From Eledone cirrhosa (lineage: Eukaryota): a DNA stretch of 64,000 nt. The stretch is taken from NCBI GenBank assembly GCA_964016885.1, contig OZ024741.1, forward strand, positions 300,638,001 through 300,702,000, read 5' to 3'. Below the pieces are notes generated by a model. The model had not been told where the DNA came from and made no database searches. It was given only the letters and a program-made list of their open reading frames with translations. The translations under genes and the position numbers were made by a program. Position 1 is the first letter of the stretch; each line of letters begins with the position of its first letter. Below are positions 28,545-46,329 of this stretch, piece after piece.

Positions 28545-29259
28545 AATATGGTTTTATAAATATAGTTTCCATTTATTTAATATTGTAAATATACTCCAAA
28601 TATTTGTCGAGTGCTTTTATATCAGTTATAAATATTTACTAGTTGTAACCCAACAATTTTAAATATAACTTTCCATATATATATATATATATAAAGCAAT
28701 CAATGCAAATAGCAGTGCGAAAATAGATAGAGAGAATGATAGAGAGACAGACAGATAGTGAGATAGATACATACAAAGACAACCAGCAGGGCTCTCGGTC
28801 TGCAGAGTGCTGCTCTTCGCAAAATCGAGAGGAGTACAACTCGCTTTGGGAAGTGGCTCCATAGGATGGGATTCTTGATGCAGTAGTTATCGCCAATTGT
28901 TCTCCACGGCATTCTATTTTTTCACCAATCCGCAGGCGCAACCTTGTTGTATCATCTAGCCAAAACAGTAGAGGTTCATGCCTTCCTTTCCCACTTTCTC
29001 TTTTATTCTGTTTCTACTTTTTATCATTTCTTGGGTATTACTTGTTCAAATATACGAAATGGTTCGTTGTTTTTTTTCATTGATCGTCATCTACGACACA
29101 TCGTAGATGTCTAGTTATGATGCCCATGGCTCTCGCACTAAGGGAAATACTGTAAATCAGTGAAGGCAATGACCAGCAACATGAATTTATTTAAGGAAAT
29201 TGTTATCGTTTCAGGAAATAATGTTACTGATATGTTATCTAACTGGTCATGTATTGAGG

Positions 29260-29556
29260 GTAATGATAGTGATGAAGATGATGATAGTGATGATAATGAT
29301 GATGATGATGATGATGTTGATTATGATGATGATGATGGTGGTGATTGCATGACTTCTGTTTCTGATGAAGATGCTAATAATGTTGGTGGAGACACTGATG
29401 GTGATGATTATTATGGTACGGGTTAATTATGATGGTGTTGGTGGTGATGACGGAAACGATGCTAATGAAGTTGATGATGATGATGATGATGATGAGGAGG
29501 AGGATAACGATGCTGGTGGTTATAATGATGATGATCATCATCATCATTATCATCAT
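29260..29556. repeat. Degenerate (GAT)n/(CAT)n trinucleotide repeat
   Basis: Seen directly. Explains the Asp-rich ORFs. Confidence 0.85.
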
Positions 29557-30320
29557 GTGAGGGTGGGAGGACAGTATGGTGAACAATATGAATGTGATGA
29601 CAGAGATTTTGAAGAATAAATGATAATCATATAGATGTGTTGATATGTCATCATTGTGATTATGAAGCGGAAAATGAAGAGGGTTTCTTTTGTTAACGAC
29701 AATGTTTGCGATGTTATATACAAAATTAATTGAACCGTTATTGTTGATGTTTCTTGTATGGTTAGTTGCTTTTTCATTTTTGTGTAAATTTTAGTTTGAT
29801 TGGCATAGTGATGTTCACCTTAGTGTTGATCGTATCAGCGTTTGAAAGCATTTAAGAAAATAATCAGCTGGAAATATATCAGTGTCTATTTTTTGTCAAT
29901 TCCAATACCAATTTGTGTTCCTTATTTACCACTTCATCTGACTTGAATACTGAAGAATACTGATGTATTATCACCAGACACATTCCAATGAAAATTCTAT
30001 GTTAGATGAAAAAAAAAAATAATTTGAAAAAACTCATGCTGCTTATTGTGTTTACATACAAAACTATTAACCCTTTAACACAGCCAAGTTTTTTACTTTA
30101 TTGATTTCTAATATACATATAAAGAATAGACTTGAAATTCTGACCATATACGAATATAGTTATGTTGTCCTTGGCTCTATAGCTACCTCCCTACTCACCA
30201 CCACCGGTACAGAGTTGGCTACCCGCAGGTGTGAGCCTCGCGAGTTGAAATGGCTCTTCTTGCGCGTCTTCCTCACCTTCATATGGGGAAATGCCTTCTC
30301 TATTCTCTCAGTCAGGGCTG

Positions 30321-30678
30321 CGGGGCGACCAGTGCGTTGGCCCACATTTGCTGACGATAGGAAGAAGTGAGAAGAGTGGGAGAGATGTAGGCAGTGAAAG
30401 AGGGAGTTTGGTTCCATTTTATTCGAACCTGATGTATAGGTATATATCTATTTACACATTTACCACACCATATATATATGTCGAACCTGATGTATAGGTA
30501 TATATCTATTTACCACACCACACCATATATATATATGGTGTGGTAAATAGATATATACCTATACATCAGGTTCGAATAAAATGGAACCAAACTCCCTCTT
30601 TCACTGCCTACATCTCTCCCACTCTTCTCACTTCTCCCTATCGTCAGCAAATGTGGGTCCACGCACTGGTCGCCCCGG
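30321..30678. repeat. Fold-back inverted repeat centred on (TA)n at ~30530, with a small internal tandem duplication
   Basis: CGGGGCGACCAGTGCG...ACCACACCA(TA)nTGGTGTGGT...CGCACTGGTCGCCCCG. Confidence 0.88.
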
Positions 30679-32050
30679 GTGCCAATATATATTGGCACCC
30701 GTAACAAGGAATATTGATTGAATCGAATCTGGAAGACGGTATTTCAAAATCGACGTGGGCACGATTTGAACCCAAAAGTTAAAGTTATGAAAGGTATTCT
30801 ATCCATCATTCTCATGATTCTGTCAATTCACCGTCGTTTGTAAATTGAATAACAAAATGTTGAAGAATTTTATATAATGGATGGAATGGGATACAAAGAA
30901 ACATTTTTTGTCACGGCCTTTTCATCGGTGCCTTGGTGCTAAAAGAGAGATTCTAAGAAATGCGTAGGGTTATGAAATAAACTTGTTGATGAGTAATCTA
31001 GCGTATGTGAGGGAGATCCTAAGAAATTTGGTGGGTTAATGCATTTGAAAGGCTAACCAATATTATAATTTTATTTTATTTTCATTTCATTAGCTTTGTG
31101 ATTGAGGAAAATTTATTATATTTTCTTTGAAATAATAATTATAAAGAAAGCCGTAGAAATTTAGCCTATTTGCACTAAAGTGGTAATTAAAGGGAGATTT
31201 CTACTGCTCATATTCTGGCCGATCTGACCTATTAGAGGGACATTTAGCTTTTGCTTAGAGGTAATACATGTTAAAGGGATTTGTTCGTCTCTTTATTTGA
31301 CCGAAACCTGACCGGAATGGCATGTTCTTGTTTATTTTTCTTTCTCTGCGTTAGCCACAAAGCCTTGTCGTACTCTTAGGGACGGTCAAAATATATAGGT
31401 CCTGAATTTGTTAATTACTTTGGCAAATCTCTGTTTGCATTGTTGATCATATTTGAACATATAGGTTTGTATAAATATGATTTAATCTTCATTATATTTT
31501 GCATACGTGTGTATATGTTATATTGATTTGTGTGTAAATAATGACATTGATGCTTATGCCATAAGCGTCGCCTTTTTGACACCGTATTTTCTGATGTTCA
31601 TATCAGGTTAATTTCGCTTATTTCTTTAATGGCTTGGGTATTTTCTTGATTATTATGTTTTTATGTTGTAGGATTCTCGTTGCATGGCATGACGTCATGT
31701 AAATGGATACTTTGAAGGTCTAAAGTCGAGAGACAACGGGAGGAAGTGGAGCAGGGACTAATACATAATATGGTTGTAGTCGTTGCAGATAATAATAGCT
31801 TTGGTTTTATTCTATAGAAACTACGTAATATGACAGCTGTTGGTTGATAACGTCTGTCTTCCTCATTTGATGGCTGTTGCGGTCCGGTTAATTGTGCCGA
31901 GTTTGAGAGGACGGGTGCTAGACGTTTGATTTTCTGAATTTGGAGTACGGTTCGTCAAGGAGGAGCCATGAGTACTGGTTGGCCTTCGGTTTAAGGTGTT
32001 TCCTGAAGCTTTGTGGACTGATTACACCAATAACCGTCCATTTTACATAC

Positions 32051-32170
<120 letters not shown>

Positions 32171-34729
32171 GTATGTTTGTGTATCTTTGATAGCCTATCA
32201 CTTACAACAGGGAAATTCTAATGACTGTTATATATAATTTCTTCATCAGAGACATATGTAGTTTTTCGATAGAAATGGATCTTAGTGTGTAAGGTTGTGG
32301 TAACATAATAATATTATAAGATTCGGTTATATAATAGTAAACATTTTTGTTCTTGGATCAGAAGTATGACAGATATTTGATTTGGGCTGTAGAATTAGAA
32401 GTGAGACATAATCGATCAACATGTTGGATATTGAAAGCTACAGGTGCTCGTGTCTAAATTGAAATCGTAACGTGCGTGTATCTCTGTAAACCATTTGAAT
32501 AGCCTCTTCATCTAAACTGCATCACGTAATCTTAGCAATAACATTAATTGGCTAATCGAAAATAACTAAATTATTTGTCATTGAATATTATATATATACT
32601 AAATATTTATGAGTCAGTTATGTATACACACTTAATGGATATAGTTATATATGATATGTGTTACGATGCATGTCTATAATCAATTATTGCACATAAATTT
32701 ACTGTATAATTTATTTGTTCCTATCACGAATAGAAAATACGATGCGATCATTGTATTTCAATTATCAACCTATATCTTGCTTTACATAATCACACCTTCT
32801 TAATTGAATCTATTTATGAGGCCTAACATTTAGGAACAATATACTATATAATGAATTATTCATTGCAGAAAAAGGTCTGCGAGAAAGGCTAGTTAAATTA
32901 ACATTTTAAAGTACCATTATCAATTTAAAAACCGTTTGAATTATTTCGTAAACTATCGTTTGTTATATCAGGCAACGATTTCACGTGTTAATTTGAAATT
33001 CTAAAGTTCAAGCAAATTTCTTCAATATTAGTGAAAACATTTGGTCAGTTGTCTCTTAAATGAGTTTAGCTTTTAAAATAAATAATTTATTTATGTTTTC
33101 ATTGCTTTGACGAAATTTGTTCCCTTGCGAAAATTAAAGCCTACAACAAACTTTTCAAAATAATGAATATCATTATTTGAAACAAAAATATACATTTTAA
33201 AAGTATAGAATATTTAAAAGCTATACAAAGTATCTAATCCTCCAAATATAATTTGAAATATGAAGAATATTGTTATCAATACTCGCAGTAATACCTTTGG
33301 TAAATGTAGAGTGTGTCTTACGTTGCCTCCTATAAAACTGTTTTAACTGAAAAATCTACAACACATTGTGTCACTATTTGATACAATATATCTATTTATA
33401 ATTGCCGTAGTATCTCATACTTGTAATATAATGTACATTGTAAAAGGTTACTCAATATGTAAAACTAATTCTAGGGCAAGTTTAAAATCTAAAACCAAGA
33501 TGCAATGGAGAGACTCAAATTATAAATTAACGTGATTTTTTAAAAATAAATTCACTGTAGATAAACAGGGGATCATATTTTCGATGAAAATTATGAAAGG
33601 AAATATTATGTTTCTGATTTTGTAATAATTTAACTCTCTTCATTAAATGTCTATAATATCATATTCAAAATTTAATATGGGGTGGTTGCCAACTATTTAT
33701 CAGTTCATTCTTCCTGATCTCATATATAATCCATGCAATTACTAATCTATTCTCTAATTTCATTGGTACATACAAATAGCAATCTATTTGTCAGTGTTTG
33801 AATACAAATATAGGTAATATAAACTAATAATAGCACTAAACTATTTGAAGAACCATAAATGTCATGCATTCTATATTGTCGGTTTGACGAAGCTTTTGCA
33901 ATTACTAAACAAAACATCTGAAAAATATATACCTTATGTATTGCATTAAAAACTTGCTGTGATAAACGTCGATATATCTGACATTTCCGTAACAATATCT
34001 TAAACGTAATATGATTTCTTATATAATGTATAACTTATAACATTCTAGATGTAACAGGTACCACTCTTAATACGGTTTAGTGTTTATGGATTATTGAATT
34101 TTCTTTTAAAATCTCCGTTAGGCAAATCGATACGTGTAGATCTGGCCATCTTAATTATTTTGTATTGATCAGTGGCCTTTATAGTAATCTCGTGGATGGG
34201 TCACTGATATAGACCTCAGCAGCAGCATTATTGTCAAATTTAATCCTAAATCTTGCATTTAGATTAAGCGTAGGTGTATGGATTTTGTTTCTAGCATTTT
34301 CTAAATAACAAGGGGACATCCCTCGATATGTTTTCTTTACTTCGCTAAATTCCGTATTGCCGGAACACATAATAAAGTAATAGAGTAATAATGTAAACAA
34401 CACTTTTCACATACATAGATATAACGATGCTATTATTGCTATGAAATATGACATGAATATATAAGCAGAAACCTACGAGCAAGCAGGTGATTTTTTTTTA
34501 TGAAACTTTCGATTTTCCAACTTCATAGACGCTGTGTTATTTCATTTTGTTTTGTCCGTCTGATATTCCTTTTGTTTTTGATAGTTTCAAATATGAAGTC
34601 GTGGATAAAAGATATTCTACGTATTTGCCTTGGACCTAGTGTTGTAGAATATCGTATTATACGATACGCTTAAAAAGTAATACATTATTAAAAATAAGGA
34701 CAAGGGATTGGCAATACAAGTAGAGCGCC

Positions 34730-34915
34730 GGACAACAGGCGTAGCAGGTTAGAGTTGTGGCTTTTTGCATTCTGAGGTCAAATTCCACCGTGCTTAACCT
34801 TGACTTTCATCATTACGGGGTGGATAAAATAAAGTATCAATGACACACTGGGGTTGATTTAATTGACTTTCTCTTTCCCCCAAAATGGTTTGTCTTATTC
34901 TTAAATTGGAAATCA
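34730..34915 (+). mobile_element. Diverged tRNA-derived SINE
   Basis: GAGGTCAAATTCC B box-like site, then CTTTCATCATTACGGGGTGGATAAAATAAAGTA. Confidence 0.65.
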
Positions 34916-35251
34916 TTGTTAAACCTATTTATCTCAACTTTAGATATGAAATATGTTTTTAGTATTTACACATGAATTACGTTTGCCCAGAGAGATTTAT
35001 GGTCATCATTCGTGTAATATTTACGTAGTGAGTTGCTGAATATGCACTGGGATACCTAAATAAAAGGTAAAGAAACCAATCAAAATGTCTTTAACCCACT
35101 TGGCAACTGTTCCGAGTATCATAATCCTTTAAGAAGGTATAATAAATATTTGGCATATAAACCTATATACGAGATAGATATCTTAAAAAATTAAAATGAT
35201 GTTTAAAAAAACTAAACGGTGGATTAAACCAATATCTCTATATGTTCATCA

Positions 35252-35640
35252 TACGCTCGGGTCCCAAATAATAGGGGGTGTTAGAATAAGCAGAACAGTT
35301 GGAATATGCGGGAGTGGTTTGATAAGTGGGGTGGGAGGTTGGAAATGTTTCTAGGTTGTCTCCGTTGATTTTTTTAAAAACCAGAATTAGTCGTTTAATT
35401 TACATTTTGATATTCCAGCCCATCCTTTTTATTTTATAGCGTATGGGATTTCTAGGAATGTACTTTTTGGTCATGTATAATGTTTCCTAATTTATAAAGA
35501 ATGTTAATTGTCGTAGGAATATTACCACTTGAAATAAAATTTCGCCGCAGATAGATTAGCAAAATTTAATAGCGGGGTGGGAGTCTCAAAAATTAATATG
35601 CCAAGTGAGAGGGACGATTATTTGAGACATTAGAATGTAT
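35252..35640. mobile_element. Possible decayed MITE
   Basis: Imperfect terminal inverted repeats GTCCCAAATAAT (~35260) and ATTATTTGAGAC (~35617). No ORF. Confidence 0.4.
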
Positions 35641-36069
35641 TTTATGACAATTTGAGGATTAAAGACAAAACTCATCCAGACCCGATCAAAATTGTGGTTC
35701 ATTAGTTAGCTTTGTTCTAGAAAATCCGCTATTATGACAAACGTGCCAACGTGAATAATGAATTTTCAGAGTAGAATGCTTCAAGAATATTGTAATCAAC
35801 TCCAACGTTGGGATAAATTTTGTTTACATTGAATACTAGCATATAAGACGTTTTGTTATTCATTCTTAATGAGGCAATAAATATAATCTACCTGAGATGA
35901 AAACTAATCTAATAACAATATATGAATAAATCAGACGAGCAGTGTACGCAACAAGCAATATCGCGGATATAATGATCAACAAACACAGACATATGAAAAT
36001 ATCGAGGCCTCTCTCATTTTCTGTGTGTCTATTCCAATATATATATATATATATATGTATGCATATATA

Positions 36070-36100
<31 letters not shown>

Positions 36101-36128
36101 GCACATATATATATATATTTATATATAC

Positions 36129-36938
36129 AAATTTTAGTACAGCATCAACGAAGCTTTAGTTTGCGGCCTAGCTAACGAATGCAAATTCGGTATGTAGCTT
36201 TAGCACTCGAATGGGGATAATACCCCAGAGTAATAACAATACGTTTAGACAGCTTAGCAAATCAAATATAGCGATCGGCAGTCCAGCCGCATTACCACAG
36301 CAACGAAAATACAGGACTCAGGAAAAGATTTTAGACTGACCTGGACAGAACCGTGGGACTGAATGGATTATACAATGCATATCGTATAGCTGCCGATATA
36401 CATCACATACAGCACACAATATAAGCGCTAGGTTTCTGCAAATCCAAGATCGACAAATTCTGCTTGCAGTGGTCTGCAAGTTAATGGTTTTTGGCGACAG
36501 AACAAAGGATTTACTTCTTCAGCAAGTCTTGTGTTCTTTAGCCTCTGCGGGTATGTTCTAGCAGTGAATTTCGCTATAGGCACGTGGTTTGCTCGAAGGG
36601 AGGTAACCCCCGCTTTGGTGGTGGATTCAAACTTGAGACAAAGGAATCAAATTCCTTTAGACAAACCGAATTAAGCACTCAACCAGAAGTTATCAAACAA
36701 ACATAAAAAAATTAATCAATCAATAGAATCATCTAATTAAATGAATCAGTTAATCGTTAATTCTAGGAGTTAAAATATAAATTTTAGTACAGCATTAACG
36801 AAGCTTTAGTTTGCGACCAAGTTAACGAATGCAAATTCGGTATGTAGCTTTAGCACTCGGCTGGGGATAGTACTCCAGAGTAATAACAATACGTTTAGAC
36901 AGCTTAGCACATCAAATATAGCGATCGGCAGTCCAGCC
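36129..36938. repeat. 650-bp partial tandem in (TA)n; homologous to 55998-56709 in opposite orientation
   Basis: ATTTTAGTACAGC begins at 36131 and 36781. Shared blocks with the reverse complement of the 56-kb unit include AGAGTAATAACA.TACGTTTA and AGACAAAGGAAT. Confidence 0.8.
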
Positions 36939-36968
36939 ATATATATATATATATAGAGAGAGAGAAAT

Positions 36969-37072
<104 letters not shown>

Positions 37073-37078
37073 AGAGAG

Positions 37079-37173
37079 AGAAATGGCTTTTACAGGATGA
37101 GAACTTTTTCATTCCTGTGAAATCATTTGAACATTCCTGATGAAACAGTTCTAGTCCTGTAAAAGCCATTTCT
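37079..37173. repeat. Short fold-back containing a decayed HHR 3' half
   Basis: Arms AGAAATGGCTTTTACAGGA / TCCTGTAAAAGCCATTTCT. Inside is ATCA..TGAT-GAAA-C..G-TC. Confidence 0.6.
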
Positions 37174-37588
37174 ACATCAAATTGGATGTTTACACTCTAC
37201 TAATGTATTGAGTATATTTTTTAACTGTGGTTAACACCGTTTTACTCGGGATCTCTCTCTCTCTCTCTATCTCTGCTTCAATTTAATTTGTATATCACAA
37301 TACAACAACACACCACGCCATTTTTCATTCCTATATGCTTTCCCTTTCGCTGTGACCTGTCTTTTTCTCTTCCCTTACTGATATCCTCTTTCTCTCTCCC
37401 CCTTCTCTCTCCTTCTGCATCTTACTTTCATTCACCCCATCTGCTAGTCATCCTCTTTCGGCTAGCCTGTTCCTCACACTTTCACTCACTCACTTTCAAA
37501 ATGCCAGAAAATCCACTACAACAACGAAAATAGTAACAAGTTAATATGAACAGGGACCTGATCGATAGATATTATGAAATAACTAAAT

Positions 37589-37780
37589 AGGCGGTGGATT
37601 GGCAGTATCGGTAGAGGGTCGGACGCCATGCTTTCTAGCATAATTACGTCTCCTTACGATCTGAGTTCAAATCCCGCCGAGGTTGACTTTGCCTTTCATC
37701 CTTACGGGGTCGATAAAATAAAGTACCAGTAATGCACTGGGTAATTGCTGGCCTTGTGCCTAAAGTAGAAACAATTATTA
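37589..37780 (+). mobile_element. Full-length tRNA-derived SINE
   Basis: A box TGGCAGTATCGG, B box GAGTTCAAATCC, conserved body, ATT tail. Confidence 0.9.
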
Positions 37781-37784
37781 AATA

Positions 37785-37897
37785 ACTTCGATTGGTTTCC
37801 ACTGGACTGGAGCAATGTGAAATAAAATGACTTGCTCGAGAATACAGCACGCACCAGTGAATCGAACCCACGATACGATCGTGAGCCGAATACACTG
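37785..37897 (-). mobile_element. Second tRNA-derived SINE family fragment (relative at ~25900-26045)
   Basis: The minus strand has a GGTTCGATTC B box. GAGCAA(T/C)GTGAAATAAA..CTTGC is shared with ~25990. Confidence 0.55.
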
Positions 37898-37932
37898 ACA
37901 TAAAGCCACGCTTATACACTAACATAAAGTCA

Positions 37933-38455
<523 letters not shown>

Positions 38456-38513
38456 TAAAAAAATAATGAATAAAACAATGAAACAGTTCCTTATATTAAA
38501 CAAAAAAAGTTCA

Positions 38514-38659
38514 TTATTTAACGATCGTTTCTAGGATATATATGTGTTAGAATTGGCATGCATATTCAACAGATCAATGTACAAAATTATACAAAATTAT
38601 ACAAACTATCAAAATTAAATATACATACCAACACATATATATGCCGTCTTCAGAAATAA
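38514..38659 (-). ncRNA. Type I hammerhead with ~120-nt stem II, inside fold-back 38446-38855
   Basis: Minus strand: TTATTT-CTGAAGA-C-GG.ATATATATGTGTT...AACACATATATAT-CC-TA-GAAA-CGATCG-TT-AAATAA. Palindromic stem III ACGATCGT. Confidence 0.72.
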
Positions 38660-39014
38660 ATATATATGTGTTGGTATGTATATTTAATTTTGATAGTTTG
38701 TATAATTTTGTATAATTTTGTACATAGATCTGTTGAATATGCATGCCAATTCTAACACATATATATCCTAGAAACGATCGTTAAATAATGAACTTTTTTT
38801 GTTTAATATAAGGAACTGTTTCATTGTTTTATTAATTATTTTTTTAATATTTTATCTTGACTCTGTATTCCGTTTATCTTTCACCGAAAGTGATTTTTCA
38901 TTGCATCTCTTCTTTCCATGATATCCGGATTACATTGAGTTCTTCATACGGATTGGACACTATAAACTCTTGGTAGATTTATCTACATATATATATATAT
39001 ATATATATTTATAG

Positions 39015-39095
<81 letters not shown>

Positions 39096-39340
39096 AAGTG
39101 CATTATTGGTTGTGTATAATGGTCCAATCAATTTAAAATTCCGATCATTTAATCACGACACATGTTTCAATAAGATATAGATCGACTGTGAAGCAATGAT
39201 CGACTATCACTGATCTCATCAGGTGAAAAAGAATTGTCACCAAATTCTTGATGTGAGGGAGAAAAATGGGAGGGAATGAATTATGTGAGAGAACATCGTT
39301 ATTTTTCTCCTCATATCAAGAATTTGAAGACAATTCATTT

Positions 39341-39414
39341 TCACCTGATGAGATCAGTGATAATCGATCATGGCTTCACAATCGATCTATCTCTTATTGA
39401 AACATGTGTCGTGA
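39341..39414 (+). ncRNA. Type I hammerhead (mirror copy 39153-39226 on -) in fold-back 39136-39432
   Basis: TCAC-CTGATGA-GAT..ATCGAT..ATCGAT..ATT-GAAA-CATGTG-TC-GTGA, followed by ATTAAA. Confidence 0.8.
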
Positions 39415-39496
39415 TTAAATGATTGAAATTTTACCTTGGCATCGGATTTTCATATTGATATATATATATATATATACTTATATATATATGTATATA

Positions 39497-39590
<94 letters not shown>

Positions 39591-39718
39591 TATATACATA
39601 TATATATATGTATGTATATATATATATATATACATATATATACACTAACATAAAGTCACGAGTATACACTTTTCATTTCTTACATATATGTATATATGTG
39701 TGTGTATATATATATATA

Positions 39719-40838
<1,120 letters not shown>

Positions 40839-41285
40839 TATCAGCATACAGCATCCATCATAGATTCTAAAACACTAACATATTTGCTTAAAGTGCAGTA
40901 TTTATTCATCTATATATGCATAATAGCTTTGCTTGTCTCCTTCTCATGTATATAACTAACGCAGTTGCACTCTCCACATGCCTGCATATGAATTGTTAAT
41001 GTACTCTTCCTTTCTCAAAACTACTTTCTCAATGCCTCTTTAATGATTGGACTATTCTCTTGTTTTATCTGTTGCATGTATTCCACTCCGTGATTTTGAT
41101 TTTAATTTAATTTTAATTTTAATTGAACTCGAATGTTTGTACAATTATTGTACAATTCTCGTAAAATAAATGTCACATCCATTCCACCCTCTAAATACGA
41201 AATTGTTGCTCACAACATCAATTTATATGTATCTATATTATTGTTCAGTTGAATAGGATGTTAATTATATGTGCAAACATTGATA

Positions 41286-41334
41286 ATGCTCCGAAGAAAC
41301 CAAACGAGTGTTTGGAAGAAACGATTGTCAGCTA
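41286..41334 (+). ncRNA. Type I hammerhead with CCGAAGA core
   Basis: GCT-CCGAAGA-AA-CCAAAC-GAGT-GTTTGG-AA-GAAA-CGATTG-TC-AGC, then ATTAAA. Confidence 0.68.
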
Positions 41335-41418
41335 TTAAATGATTTAAACACAACTTTGATAATTGTATAAATTATTTATTATATATATATATATATATGC
41401 ATGTATATATATATATAT

Positions 41419-42367
41419 AGTAATAATAATAAAATTGAAGACTAAATCCAGAGAGGGCTCGATAAGGAAAATATATATCAAGGTATGTATACCTTCTCGT
41501 ACGTATATTTGACTGTTTTGGCGTATAATTTTTACATATTCTGGTATTTAGGGCTTGGTTATGTGTATATGGGAGTTTTGCGTCTGCGTGAGTATGCAGG
41601 TTCGTACGTATGGTGGGTGTGTGTATATGTGTACTTCTTGTTTTAGTTGACTTACGTCTCCGAACCTTCATGTATTTATTTGTAGGTATGTGTGTGCGCT
41701 TGTTATATACGTATTTATTTAATTATATACGTTTATATAATTATTTATTTATTTGTACACAAGCATACACACATACACATATTTATATGTGCGTGGTTTT
41801 GTATACCTATGGTAAGGTTTTGCGTATGCTTGTGTGTGTACGTTTCTGTTTGCGTGTATGTATTTATTTGTTCCTATTACTTTTGTATTGTATTTATTTA
41901 CTTTGTTCTTAACTCTGTAGCGGAGATTCATTCGGTCTCCTAGTTAGAATTTTAGTCTACGACTTCTGCTATACCATTTACGTGGTTTTGTCTTTGCACG
42001 CTATTGTTCTCCACGCTCCACATATGACTTATTATCTTCGTTTTTTCGTTCATTGCCAGAGAACGTCTCTATGCACCACTCAGAGAACATTAGTCTACGA
42101 CCTCTTTTATACCATAAACGTGGTTCTGTCCTTGCACGTAATTGTTTTTCACCACTCCTATTAATGACGTATTATTCGTTTTTTCCCGTTCTTTGCCAGC
42201 GAGCGTCACCATGAACCAAAGTATCGTCTTCCTGTCTTCCTCCGGTTGCAACGTTTTTTGAAATATCCAGTTCTGCGTTTACAGATTGACTTTGTTAGTT
42301 TCAGAAGATCCCGTTAAGGGTGAAAGCAGCGATTCTTTGCTTAAACTTTAATCTGTTATTTTAATAA

Positions 42368-42370
<3 letters not shown>
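41419..42370 (+). mobile_element. Penelope family A 3' UTR + pLTR fragment with inverted 5' piece
   Basis: Reverse complement of 14510-15390. 41419-41481 matches 17659-17726 in the opposite relative orientation. Confidence 0.88.
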
Positions 42371-42398
<28 letters not shown>

Positions 42399-42403
42399 CA
42401 TAT

Positions 42404-42440
<37 letters not shown>

Positions 42441-42519
42441 CATATACATACATATATATTTATATATATACATATATGTATCTACCTATTGCCCTCTATA
42501 TACACACACACACTCACAT

Positions 42520-42643
<124 letters not shown>

Positions 42644-42829
42644 CCAAAATTAAGATAATCAAAATTATGGATGTCATGCATATTCATGTCATACTCATGT
42701 TTATTTATATGTTAATCAATTTCTAGTTATTATATATATATATATATATATATAAAGGTAAAACACTGGAAGGTAATATCCGTAGTATTAGTAGTAGTAG
42801 AGCACTCAGTCCATGGGAAGAGTTTGGTA

Positions 42830-42949
42830 GAAGTAGTAACACAACAGTTAGTTCACTATACCGAGAACAATTGTTTCACCTTACGCGAAGATCCGTATAA
42901 GTTGAAACAATTGTTCTCAGTATGGTGATCTAATTGTTGTGTTACTACT
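42830..42949. repeat. Fold-back of an HHR 3' half
   Basis: Arms AAGTAGTAACACAAC..GAGAACAATTGTTTCA / TGAAACAATTGTTCTC..GTTGTGTTACTACTT. The loop contains CGAAGA. Confidence 0.75.
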
Positions 42950-42984
42950 TATATATATACACACACATATATATATATATATAT

Positions 42985-46085
<3,101 letters not shown>

Positions 46086-46329
46086 TGACAAAGGTATAAA
46101 CGCCGGAAAGTGTAAAGGTGTAGACGTCAGGTCTTGTATAGTCACATGATTATATGTCCAAGGAGTTTAAATGGCACAATCATCGATCGTGCAGAGATAC
46201 TCAAGATTTATTCCGTTGGTGTGGAGGAGTATGACGAGGCAATTAAGTCCGGACACATCCAGTGTCTTAGCGAGATGACGGTGGCTGGATAATAGTATAG
46301 TTCACAGGTTTTTAATTTTTTAGTCCACC

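Larger units (their letters stand above)
24427..28640 (+). mobile_element. Penelope-like family E: 5'-truncated copy plus ~1.4-kb inverted copy of its 3' UTR/pLTR
   Basis: ~24430-25829 is the reverse complement of ~27256-28584. 26130-26249 is a short inverted pLTR fused to the ORF. Confidence 0.88.

Noticed and set aside
29160-29619. Asp/His-rich ORFs
   Set aside because: Degenerate (GAT)n repeat with no domain or splice evidence.
31200-31700. Possible very old LINE RT remnant on -
   Set aside because: Only faint motif-like pieces with many stops; not supportable without a search.
36270-36300. TAATGCGGC on - as a twister ribozyme start
   Set aside because: The remaining twister elements are absent and the 56-kb relative does not conserve it.
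37589-37680. tRNA gene
   Set aside because: The A/B boxes belong to a SINE head. There is no cloverleaf, and the SINE body follows.
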